Under the pieces are notes generated by a model. It did not search any database. It saw only the letters and a list, made by a program, of their open reading frames with translations, and had not been told where the DNA came from. Positions 32,873 through 41,174 of a stretch of 64,000 bases of DNA are shown one piece after another. The translations under genes and the position numbers were made by a program. The number at the start of each line of letters is the position of its first letter. The first letter of the stretch is position 1. This DNA comes from Candidatus Eiseniibacteriota bacterium (GTDB lineage Bacteria > Eisenbacteria > RBG-16-71-46): assembly GCA_963717935.1 (NCBI GenBank), contig CAVQXP010000004.1, forward strand, positions 96,001 through 160,000. Direction: 5' to 3'.

Positions 32873-33739
32873 CTAGGCCTCCGCGGGTGGGGCCTCCTCC
32901 GGCACCGGGAGCTGCCCCATGCGGTGCAGGATGACGCTCGGGCAGACGTCGACGCAGATCTCCTCGCAGGACGGGCCCCAGGCCACGCACATCTCGTGGT
33001 CCACGACGATGGTCTGGCCGTCCCAGGTGATGGCCCCCGCGGGGCACTTCGCCACGCACCGGCGGCACAGCGTGCAGCCCACCATGCAGGCGGCGCGCAC
33101 CACGCTGCGTTTGTCCACCGCGACGCACGACAGCTCGACGCGATGGTTGCGCGGGACGAAGCTCCACAGGTCCTTGGGGCACGCGGTCACGCAGACGCCG
33201 CAACCGGTGCACTTCGCGTGGTCCACCTCGGGGATCCCGCCCGCGGTCATCGCGAGCGCCCCGAAGGGGCACGCGGTCACGCAGTCGCCCAGCCCCAGGC
33301 AGCCGTTCTTGCAGGCCTTGGGTCCGCCGAAGACGAACGAGGCCGCCGCGCAGGTGCGGATCCCGGAGTAGCGCGCCTCGTCGGGCGCGAAGGCCGAGGT
33401 GCCATGGCAGCGCAGCACCACGACGCGGTCCACGACCGAGCCGAGCTGCTTGCCGGTGAGTTCGGCCACCGCGCCCGCGACCACCGCTCGGCCGGGGATG
33501 CAGAGGTTGGGCGATACCTCGCCGCGCTCCACCACCGCCTCGGCGTAGGCCTGGCAGCCAGCGAAACCGCAGGCGCCGCAGTTGGCCGCGGGCAGCCGGT
33601 CGCGCACGCGCTCGACCACCGGGTTCACCGGCACCTGGAACCTGGCCGCGGCCGCGGCCAGCGCGAAGCCGAACACCAGGCCGAGCAGGGTGAAGACGGC
33701 GAGCCCCCACACCACGATGCCGAGCGCCGAGGATTCCAT
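32873..33739 (-). CDS. rnfB: Rnf complex subunit B
   Basis: TM anchor, LPAANCGACGFAGC, CLGLGDCVTACPF, further CxxCxxCxxxCP motifs. Confidence 0.95.
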   Translation of the reverse strand: MESSALGIVVWGLAVFTLLGLVFGFALAAAAARFQVPVNPVVERVRDRLPAANCGACGFAGCQAYAEAVVERGEVSPNLCIPGRAVVAGAVAELTGKQLGSVVDRVVVLRCHGTSAFAPDEARYSGIRTCAAASFVFGGPKACKNGCLGLGDCVTACPFGALAMTAGGIPEVDHAKCTGCGVCVTACPKDLWSFVPRNHRVELSCVAVDKRSVVRAACMVGCTLCRRCVAKCPAGAITWDGQTIVVDHEMCVAWGPSCEEICVDVCPSVILHRMGQLPVPEEAPPAEA

Positions 33740-33747
33740 CGCCGTTC

Positions 33748-34668
33748 CTACCGGAAGAAATCCAGGCCCGAGAAGCCCATGAACGCCAGCGCGAACAGGC
33801 CGGCGAGCGCGAAGGCGATGGGCAGGCCCTGGAAGGGCCGCGGCACGCGCGCGTACTCCAGGCGCTCGCGAGCGCAGGACATCAGGAACAGCGCGAGCGC
33901 GAAGCCCGCGCCCGAGCCGATGGCCAGCGCCAGCGCGTCGAGCGGCCCGGCGGAGGCCTGCGCGTTGAGCAGCGGCACGGCCAGGATGATGCAGTTGGTG
34001 GTGATGAGCATCAGGTAGATGCCCCACTTGCGGTGCAGCACCGGGTGGGTCTTGCGCAGCATGGTGTCGAGGAACTGCACCACGAAGGCCACCACGCCGA
34101 TGAACACGAGGATCTGGAAGAAGCCGAGCTGCAGCGGGCGCAGCACGAAGGTGTCGAGCGCCCACGACGCCATGGCGGTGAAGATCATCACCAGGGTGAA
34201 GGTGATGCCCATGCCGATGGCGGTGTCGCGCTTCTTCGAGACCCCGAAGAAGATGCAGAGCCCGAGGTAGCGGGTGAAGACGAAGTTGTTGATGAGCGCG
34301 GCCGCCAGCATCACGGTCAGGAGCAGCGCCCAGGTCGCGGGCCCCACGTCGCGCGCGAGCGGCGGGTCGGCCAGCTCGAGCCGGTAGTGCTCGGCGGGCA
34401 TGAGCCGCTGCTCGAAGGTCAGGACCACGCGGGCCCCGCCCGCCAGCCTGACCCGCGCGACCGGGATGGGGATGTCGGGCGCCTGCGCGTGGGTCAGGCG
34501 GAAGTTCTCGGCGTCGGCGCGCGGCAGCGGCGCCGTGAAGCGCAGCCGCAGCTCGTTGGGCGCGACCACGCGCGCGCTCAGCACGCGGACCTCCGTGGCG
34601 CGGGCCTGGCCCGCCGCCAGCAGCAGCGTGGCGAGCAGCGCCGCCAGCGGCGCCCGCGCCCTAGACAC
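33748..34668 (-). CDS. rnfA: Rnf complex subunit A with N-terminal signal peptide and Ig-like domain
   Basis: Core NNFVFTRYLGLC..LITTNC..RERL..PFQGLPIA, preceded in frame by about 110 extra aa. Confidence 0.92.
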   Translation of the reverse strand: MSRARAPLAALLATLLLAAGQARATEVRVLSARVVAPNELRLRFTAPLPRADAENFRLTHAQAPDIPIPVARVRLAGGARVVLTFEQRLMPAEHYRLELADPPLARDVGPATWALLLTVMLAAALINNFVFTRYLGLCIFFGVSKKRDTAIGMGITFTLVMIFTAMASWALDTFVLRPLQLGFFQILVFIGVVAFVVQFLDTMLRKTHPVLHRKWGIYLMLITTNCIILAVPLLNAQASAGPLDALALAIGSGAGFALALFLMSCARERLEYARVPRPFQGLPIAFALAGLFALAFMGFSGLDFFR

Positions 34669-35323
34669 CGTGGCCTCCCGCCGGTCGCGCCGGACCGGCC
34701 TTGCCGCCCTGCGTGCGGCGCTCGACCCAGTTGAAGAGCGCCATCAGCAGCGCGATCGAGAAGAAGCCGCCCGCCGGCAGGGCGAAGAAGAGCAGCGGCT
34801 TGCCGGGCGCGAGCGGGATGCCGGCGAACGAGCCGCTGCCGAGCAACTCGCGGAAGGCGCCGATGGTGAGCAGCGCGAGCAGGAAGCCGAGCCCCATCCC
34901 GAGCCCGTCGAAGAAGGTCGGCGCGAGCGGCTGGCGCGAGGCGAACACCTCGAGCCGCGAGATGATGATGGCGAACGCCACGATGAGCTTCACGTAGAGT
35001 CCGACCTGCGCGTAGAGCGCGGGCCAGAAGGCCGCCAGCGACATGTCGATGGCGCTCACCCACACGGCGATGATGATGGTGTAGACCGGGATCCGCACGC
35101 GCGGGTGGATGAGGCGCTTCGCCAGCGTCACCGTGACGCTCGAGAGCACCTGGACGCACAGCACCGCCACGCCCAGCAGCAGGCCGTTCAGCACCGTGGT
35201 GGTCACCGCCACCGCGGGGCACAGGCTCAGCGCCAGCCGGAACACGGGGTTCTCGGCAAAGATGCCGTTCAGGATCAGCTGCCGCGCGCTCGGCGCGGGC
35301 CCGGGATGGAGCACGGTGCTCAC
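34661..35323 (-). CDS. rnfE: Rnf complex subunit E
   Basis: ENPVFRLALSLCPAVAVT, VRIP, DGLGMGLGF, RELLGSG, PAGGF; GTGA overlap with rnfG. Confidence 0.93.
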   Translation of the reverse strand: MSTVLHPGPAPSARQLILNGIFAENPVFRLALSLCPAVAVTTTVLNGLLLGVAVLCVQVLSSVTVTLAKRLIHPRVRIPVYTIIIAVWVSAIDMSLAAFWPALYAQVGLYVKLIVAFAIIISRLEVFASRQPLAPTFFDGLGMGLGFLLALLTIGAFRELLGSGSFAGIPLAPGKPLLFFALPAGGFFSIALLMALFNWVERRTQGGKAGPARPAGGHGV

Positions 35324-36180
35324 AGCGCGCCCTCCAGGTGCGGCGCCAGCAGCCACCAGCGCCGGCGGAAGTGATCCACCGTCTTGCGCACGCCCTCGGT
35401 CACCGCGCGGCTCGAGATGGTCGCGCCGGTCACCGCGTAGATGGGCCTGTGGCGCTCGCGCTCGAGCAGGGCGCGGTGCCGCGCCGGGCCATCCGGGGCG
35501 CGCCTGGCGAAGGCCACGAGCGCCGCCTTCCAGTCCTCGGGCATCGGGTCCCTGGTCACGTCGAGCTTCGCGATCTCCTCGGCGGTGCGGCCGACGTACT
35601 GCTCGCGGAACCAGGGCTGCGCCACCTCGGCGCCGAGCCCGGGGTCGTCGGTCGTCTCGATGATCCGCATGTCCACGATCTCGAAGTCGGGCTCCATCGC
35701 CACGAAAAGACGGATCGGAGCCTTGTAGCCGCGCGTCTCGCCCTGCACCACGAAGCCCGCGGGCCGGCCGGCCCGGGTCGCCACGAACATGCGGCCGAGC
35801 GGCATCCACTCCTTGCCGACCGGGACCGCGACCGGCACGTCGCGCTCCCTCGCCAGCGCCCCGTCGAGCGTGAAGGTCACCTCGTGCGCCGTCCCGGCCG
35901 TGGCTCCCAGGACCGCCGCGCGGTAGACGACCTGGCGCGTGCCGGGCACCAGGTACTGGCGCACCTCGAGCAGGCGCGCGTCCGCGTCCAGGCCCAGCAT
36001 CTCGTGGATGGCGCTGCGCTCCCTGGCCTCGGCGGAGGCGCGCCGGTAGCGGTCGGTGCCGAGGTAGACGAGGCCCAGCACGGCCGCGCCCACCAGGCAC
36101 GCCAGGCTCATCGAGAGCACGATGCGGGTGAGTTCGCGCGCGGTGAGCTTCGGCTTCGGCTGGATCACGTTCAGGCTCAC
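35320..36180 (-). CDS. rnfG: Rnf complex subunit G (FMN-binding)
   Basis: TM anchor, RGYKAPI, DPGLG, AVTGATISS flavinylation motif. Confidence 0.9.
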   Translation of the reverse strand: MSLNVIQPKPKLTARELTRIVLSMSLACLVGAAVLGLVYLGTDRYRRASAEARERSAIHEMLGLDADARLLEVRQYLVPGTRQVVYRAAVLGATAGTAHEVTFTLDGALARERDVPVAVPVGKEWMPLGRMFVATRAGRPAGFVVQGETRGYKAPIRLFVAMEPDFEIVDMRIIETTDDPGLGAEVAQPWFREQYVGRTAEEIAKLDVTRDPMPEDWKAALVAFARRAPDGPARHRALLERERHRPIYAVTGATISSRAVTEGVRKTVDHFRRRWWLLAPHLEGAL

Positions 36181-37163
36181 GATGGCGCCCCCGTGGTCTG
36201 CACGCGGCGCGGGCGGAACCACATGTCGAGCGCCGGCACCAGGGCATTGGCCATGAGGATGGCGAAGCAGATGCCCTCGGGGTAGCCGCCCCAGAGGCGG
36301 ATCAGTCCCGTCAGGAGCCCGATCAGCACGCCGAAGACGAACTGCCCCGGGCGCGTGACGGGCGAGGTGACGTAGTCGGTCGCCATGAAGAACGCGGCGA
36401 GCCAGACGCCGCCCGAGAGCAGGTGCAGCCAGGCCGCGCCGCTGAACGAAGTCATGATCGCCAGGCCGGCGAAGACGCCGAGCGGCGCGTACAGCCGGAT
36501 GATGCCGCGCGCCAGCAGCACGAGGGCGCCCAGCAGGATGAGGACCACCGAGACCTCGCCGATCGAGCCCGGCCGCAGGCCGATGAGCAACCGGAACCAG
36601 CCCTCGGGCCCGCCGATCAGGTGCAGCGCGGCCTGCAGGTCGTGCTCGCGCATGACGCCGAGCGGCGTGGCCGTGGTGATGGCCTCGAGCCGCGAGTACC
36701 AGGCGCGCGGGACGGACCAGCCGATCGTCATGGCCACCGGGAAGGAGGCCATCATGAACGCGCGGCCGATCATGGCCGGGTTGAAGAGGTTGTAGCCCAG
36801 CCCGCCGAAGACCATCTTGCCGAGCAGGATGGCGAACACGCCGCCGATGAGCGCCGCCCACCAGGGCACGAGCGGCGGCAGCGTGAGCGCGAGCAGGAGC
36901 CCGGTGCATACGGCGCTGCCGTCCTTCACCGTGAGGCGCTGCTTCATGAGCCGGTTGGCGAGCGCCTCGGAGCCCACCGCGCCGGCGACCGCGCCCAGGA
37001 TGACCTCGAGCGCGGGGGGACCGAACACCCAGACTCCCCAGGCCGCGGTCGGCACCAGCGCGGCATTCACCCACCACATGATGCTGGCCGTGCTCTCCGA
37101 GGTCCGCAGGTGCGGTCCCGGGGTCACGACGAAGGGCGGCCGCGGGGCGGGTTCCTCGCTCAT
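36177..37163 (-). CDS. rnfD: Rnf complex subunit D
   Basis: PGPH, FGGLGYNLFNPA, ITTATP, GSIGE, FMATDYVTSP, GGYPEG. Confidence 0.95.
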   Translation of the reverse strand: MSEEPAPRPPFVVTPGPHLRTSESTASIMWWVNAALVPTAAWGVWVFGPPALEVILGAVAGAVGSEALANRLMKQRLTVKDGSAVCTGLLLALTLPPLVPWWAALIGGVFAILLGKMVFGGLGYNLFNPAMIGRAFMMASFPVAMTIGWSVPRAWYSRLEAITTATPLGVMREHDLQAALHLIGGPEGWFRLLIGLRPGSIGEVSVVLILLGALVLLARGIIRLYAPLGVFAGLAIMTSFSGAAWLHLLSGGVWLAAFFMATDYVTSPVTRPGQFVFGVLIGLLTGLIRLWGGYPEGICFAILMANALVPALDMWFRPRRVQTTGAPS

Positions 37164-38545
37164 CGCGTCACCGCCGCAAGGTTCTCGCGCTGTTTGCGCA
37201 GCGCGCTCTTCGCGACCTGCAGGAACTGCACGAGCGGGCGCTGCGAGGGGCAGACGTAGGCGCAGGCGCCACACTCGTAGCACTCCACCGCGCCGAATTC
37301 CGCGCTCTCGGTGGCGCGCCCGGCCTCGACCCGGATCGAGACCTGGTTGGGCTCGAGCCCCAGCGGGCAGGCGTCGAGGCAGCGCCCGCACTGGATGCAC
37401 GGTCCGTAGCCCTCCTCGAACGGGCCGCGGCCGGTCAGCAGCACCAGGCCGTTCATGCCCTTGACGAGCGGCACGTCGAGGCGCGGCAGCGAGCGGCCCA
37501 TCATCGGTCCGCCCGAGACCACGCGCGTCGCCCCCCCGGTCAGCCCTCCGCAGAAGCGCACCAGGTCGGCGAGCAGCGTCCCGATCGGGGCGCGCACGTT
37601 GCGCGGCTGCACCACGCCGGGGCCGGTCACGGTCACGACGCGGTCGAGCAGCGGCCGGCGGTAGCGCACGGCATCGTGCACCGCGGCCGCGGTCGCCACG
37701 TTCTGCACCACGACGTGCACCGCGTAGGGCAGCGCCCGCGGAGGGATCACCCGGCCGGTGAGCGCGGTGACCAATTGCTTCTCGGCGCCCTGCGGGTAGC
37801 GCGCCGGCACCACCCGGACCCGGAGGTCCAGGCCGTCCGCCGCGACCTCCTTCGCCGCCGCCTCGAGCGCGGCCGCCGCGTCGCGCTTGTCCGATTCCAC
37901 GCCGAACAGGACGCGCTGGACCCCAACGACGCGCGCCAGCAACCGCGCGCCCTCCACGATGGCGCGCGGCTCGGCCAGCATCAGGCGATAGTCCGAGGTC
38001 AGGTACGGTTCGCACTCGGCGCCGTTGATGATGAGCGTGTCCACCGTCACGCCCGGCGGCAGCCTGAGTTTGCGGTAGGTCGGGAACGCTGCGCCGCCCA
38101 GGCCCACGATGCCGGCCTCGCGGATGCGCGCCAGCAGTTCCTCGCGCTCGAGCGCGCGCCAGGCCGGGTCCTCGGGGAACTCGAGGTCAGTGGCCTCCGT
38201 CGCGGTCAAGCGCGTCAGCACGATGGCCTGCGCCTGCACCAACGTGGGATGCGCCTGCTTGTCGATGGACTTGACCTTGCCGTTGATGGTCGCGTGCAGG
38301 GGCACGCCGCTGCCCGCGGCCTCGGCGATCTTCTGCCCGCGCCGCACCACGTCGCCCTTCTTCACCACCGGCACCGCCGGGTCGCCCAGGTGCTGCACGA
38401 GCGGCAGCACGACCTCCGCGGGCGGCGGCAGGTCTTCGATGGGGCGGCCCGCGGTGGCTTCCTTGCGCGGGCCGGGATGGCTCGGGCCCCGGCCGAGCGT
38501 CAGCAGATCGAATAGCCGCGCGCCGTGGGTTTCCAGATGGGTCAT
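37160..38545 (-). CDS. rnfC: Rnf complex subunit C
   Basis: QHLG, AGIVGLGGAAFPT, NGAECEPYLTSD, YPQGAEKQL, GGPMMG, two CxxCxxCxxxCP motifs. Confidence 0.96.
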   Translation of the reverse strand: MTHLETHGARLFDLLTLGRGPSHPGPRKEATAGRPIEDLPPPAEVVLPLVQHLGDPAVPVVKKGDVVRRGQKIAEAAGSGVPLHATINGKVKSIDKQAHPTLVQAQAIVLTRLTATEATDLEFPEDPAWRALEREELLARIREAGIVGLGGAAFPTYRKLRLPPGVTVDTLIINGAECEPYLTSDYRLMLAEPRAIVEGARLLARVVGVQRVLFGVESDKRDAAAALEAAAKEVAADGLDLRVRVVPARYPQGAEKQLVTALTGRVIPPRALPYAVHVVVQNVATAAAVHDAVRYRRPLLDRVVTVTGPGVVQPRNVRAPIGTLLADLVRFCGGLTGGATRVVSGGPMMGRSLPRLDVPLVKGMNGLVLLTGRGPFEEGYGPCIQCGRCLDACPLGLEPNQVSIRVEAGRATESAEFGAVECYECGACAYVCPSQRPLVQFLQVAKSALRKQRENLAAVTR

Positions 38546-38554
38546 GGCCCGGGC

Positions 38555-39574
38555 CTACAGGAACAGGGCGTCGAGGGCGCCGGGCCAGTCGCGGAAGCGG
38601 CTCGGACCGAGCAGGAACGCGGCCGTCGACATCTGGTCGGACTCCACCCCCGTGCGCGCCAGAACGCTCGCGCTGACGTGGCCCTCCGAAGGAACGCCGC
38701 GCTTCGCGTCGAGGATGTGGCCGAGGTGGTGACCCGCGATCGAGCGGTGGCGCTCGTTGTTGGCGCTGGTCGCCACCGCGGCGTCGCGCAAGGTGAAGAT
38801 GCGCTCGGTGCGGCCGGTGCGCGGGTGGAACAGCGCGACCGACCAGCCGTCGGCGCCGTCCTCGGGGACACCCAGGCCGTAGACGTTGCCGCCGGCGTCC
38901 ACCAGGCCCGACGTGACGCCCTCGGCCCGCAGCGCGGCCACCGCGCGGTCGACGGCCCAGCCCTTGCCGATCGAGCCGAGGTCGAGACCCATGCCGCGCC
39001 GGGCCAGGGAGACCGTGCCCGCACCGCGATCCACCCGCACGTCCTCGAAGGCCACCGCGGCCAGCGCGCGGTCCACCTCGGCGGTCGTGGGCAGGCTCGC
39101 GCGCCCGGGGCCGTAGAACCCGTAGAGTGTCATGAGTGGCAGCACGGTCGGATCGTAGAGACCGCCCGAACGGTGCGCGGATGCGCAGGCCTGCTCCACC
39201 ACGTCGAGCAGCGCCGGCGAGACGCGCACCGGCCCGAGGCCCGCGGCGCGGTTCAGGCGCGACAACCCGCTGTCCGCGCGGTGCACGCTCATCTGCCCGT
39301 CCACTTCGCGCATCGCGGCGAACGCGCGCTCGACCGCACGCGTCGCGCGGTCGCGGTCGGGATGGCGCGCGACGACCCGCACCCAGGTGCCGAGGAGCGG
39401 ACGGCCCGCCTCGATGCTCGCGGACGGCGACCGCTGCGCACGGCGCAGTACGGGGGCCAGGACTCCGGCGCCCGCGAGCAGGCCGAGGCCGGCAAGGAAG
39501 TGGCGACGGGTGAAGGCTCTCGCCCGGGAGGGCGGGCCGGCGGACGGAAACGGCGAAGACTGGGAGTGCGCCAT
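38555..39574 (-). CDS. apbE: FAD:protein FMN transferase with a Tat-like signal
   Basis: TRRHFL twin-arginine motif; YDPTV, LDLGSIGKGWAVD, DAGGN, ATS, HILD. Confidence 0.93.
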   Translation of the reverse strand: MAHSQSSPFPSAGPPSRARAFTRRHFLAGLGLLAGAGVLAPVLRRAQRSPSASIEAGRPLLGTWVRVVARHPDRDRATRAVERAFAAMREVDGQMSVHRADSGLSRLNRAAGLGPVRVSPALLDVVEQACASAHRSGGLYDPTVLPLMTLYGFYGPGRASLPTTAEVDRALAAVAFEDVRVDRGAGTVSLARRGMGLDLGSIGKGWAVDRAVAALRAEGVTSGLVDAGGNVYGLGVPEDGADGWSVALFHPRTGRTERIFTLRDAAVATSANNERHRSIAGHHLGHILDAKRGVPSEGHVSASVLARTGVESDQMSTAAFLLGPSRFRDWPGALDALFL

Positions 39575-39757
39575 GGGGCTACGACTCCTCGGCCTGGCGA
39601 TGCAGGTCTTCCCCGGCGGCCCCGGGCGGGAAGGCGGGCTGCCCTTCCCGACTAGCATGATTCATGCAGGGTAGCATAGGTTCGGTGAAGTCCTGCCCGG
39701 CGCCTGCCGCCGGGCCCAGCGAGGCCGTACCCCGCCAACTCCAGAAGGAGCGCCAAA

Positions 39758-39967
39758 TTGGGCAAGGTTCCCGAGTTCTACGTGGACGCCGATCTGTGCA
39801 CCGAGTGCGGCGACTGCATCACGGCCATCCCGGAGGCCTTCCGGAAGGTCGCAGATGAAGAACTGGCAGAGGTTTACAACACCGACCTGGACGAGAGCTT
39901 CCTGCCAAAAGTGGAGAAGATTATGGCAGATTGTCCGGCCGCCGCCATCCTCTGGAAGAAGAAGTAG
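39758..39967 (+). CDS. Monocluster ferredoxin
   Basis: AAGGAG RBS with TTG start; VDADLCTECGDC...CPAAAI. Confidence 0.9.
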   Translation: MGKVPEFYVDADLCTECGDCITAIPEAFRKVADEELAEVYNTDLDESFLPKVEKIMADCPAAAILWKKK

Positions 39968-39997
39968 AGGACGTCCGCAGTCGGCGGGCCGCACCGC

Positions 39998-40030
39998 GGG
40001 GCCGGGCGCTGAGTCCGGCCCCTTCTGCTT
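39998..40030 (+). terminator. Probable intrinsic terminator after the ferredoxin
   Basis: GGGGCCGG..CCGGCCCC stem followed by TTCTGCTT. Confidence 0.5.
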
Positions 40031-40173
40031 GGGCGGTTGGCGGGCGGCCCCGATTCACGGACCGCGACCCGGAATGAAACGGCGGGCGGCCCCGCCGCCC
40101 GCCATCCCTCCGCCGTGCCCCATCCTGCCCGGACTCACCTGCCGGGCGGCGCTGCCACCCCTCCGCCCGGGTT

Positions 40174-41166
40174 CTACGCCTTCCACTCCTGCAGGATCTG
40201 GATGTAGTTCGCGCGCTCGTAGGCCGTCGGGTTCGGCGACTTCATGAGGTTCATGCTGCCCCGCATCTGGTCGAGCGACTCGTACTCGTGCGCCTCGAGC
40301 CACGCCGACAGCTCGTCCCGCAGTTGCCGCAGATGCGCCGGCCCCTTCTGGAGCAGGGCCGACACGACCTGGACCGCGTGCGCGCCGGCCATCACCGCCT
40401 TCACGACGTCCGTCACCGTGTGCACGCCCCCGGACACCGCCAGCGCCGGACGCACCCGTCCGGAGAGGATCGCCAGCCACCGCAGGCGCAGGTTCAGCTC
40501 CGCCGAGGTCGAGAGCTGGAGCGTGCGCCTGGCCTCGAGCTGCTCCACGTCGATGTCCGGCTGGTAGAAGCGGTTGAACAGCACGAGGCCGTCCGCCCCG
40601 GCGGCTTCCAGACGGCGTGCGAAGTGGGGCGGCGACGAGTAGAACGGCCCCAGCTTCACGGCCACCGGGATCGTGATGCTCTTCTTGATCTCCTTCACCA
40701 TCTCGACCGCCGTGCCCTCGACCTGCTCCCCGGTCACGGCGGGATCGGTCGGCAGGTGGTAGACGTTCAGCTCGAGCGCGTCGGCCCCCGCCTGCTGGAT
40801 CTGCCGGGCGTAGGACAGCCAGCCGCCCCGGGTGACGCCGTTCAGCGAGGCGATCACCGGGATCTTCACCGCGGCCTTGACCTTGGCGATCAGCGCGAGG
40901 TAGTCGTCGGGACCGAGCCGGTAGCCCTCGGGCCGCGGGAAATAGGACGTCGCCTCGGCGGAGGAGTCGGCGTGGGCGTCCACGTGGTCGAGGGCCGCGG
41001 CCTGCTCCATCGCGATCTGCTCCTCGAAGAGCGAGTGCATCACGATCGCCGCGGCGCCGGCGTCCTCGAGGCGGCGGACCTTGTCGAGGTCGGTGGCCAG
41101 CGGCGAGGAGCCGGGCATGAGCGGGTGCGCCAACTTGAGTCCGAGGTACGTCGTCGAGAGATTCAT
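40174..41166 (-). CDS. Dihydroorotate dehydrogenase-like flavoprotein (nifJ-associated type)
   Basis: STTYLGLKL, SLFEEQI, GADALELN, LFNRFYQPDID, YERANY; directly downstream of nifJ. Confidence 0.9.
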   Translation of the reverse strand: MNLSTTYLGLKLAHPLMPGSSPLATDLDKVRRLEDAGAAAIVMHSLFEEQIAMEQAAALDHVDAHADSSAEATSYFPRPEGYRLGPDDYLALIAKVKAAVKIPVIASLNGVTRGGWLSYARQIQQAGADALELNVYHLPTDPAVTGEQVEGTAVEMVKEIKKSITIPVAVKLGPFYSSPPHFARRLEAAGADGLVLFNRFYQPDIDVEQLEARRTLQLSTSAELNLRLRWLAILSGRVRPALAVSGGVHTVTDVVKAVMAGAHAVQVVSALLQKGPAHLRQLRDELSAWLEAHEYESLDQMRGSMNLMKSPNPTAYERANYIQILQEWKA

Positions 41167-41174
41167 CGCCCCCC

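Noticed and set aside
20513..37077. Apparent long N-terminal extensions on korB, korA, korD, rnfB, rnfE and rnfG in the ORF track
   Set aside because: They are off-frame read-through of upstream genes; true starts with RBS or stop-start overlaps lie downstream. Only the rnfA extension occupies its own non-overlapping DNA.
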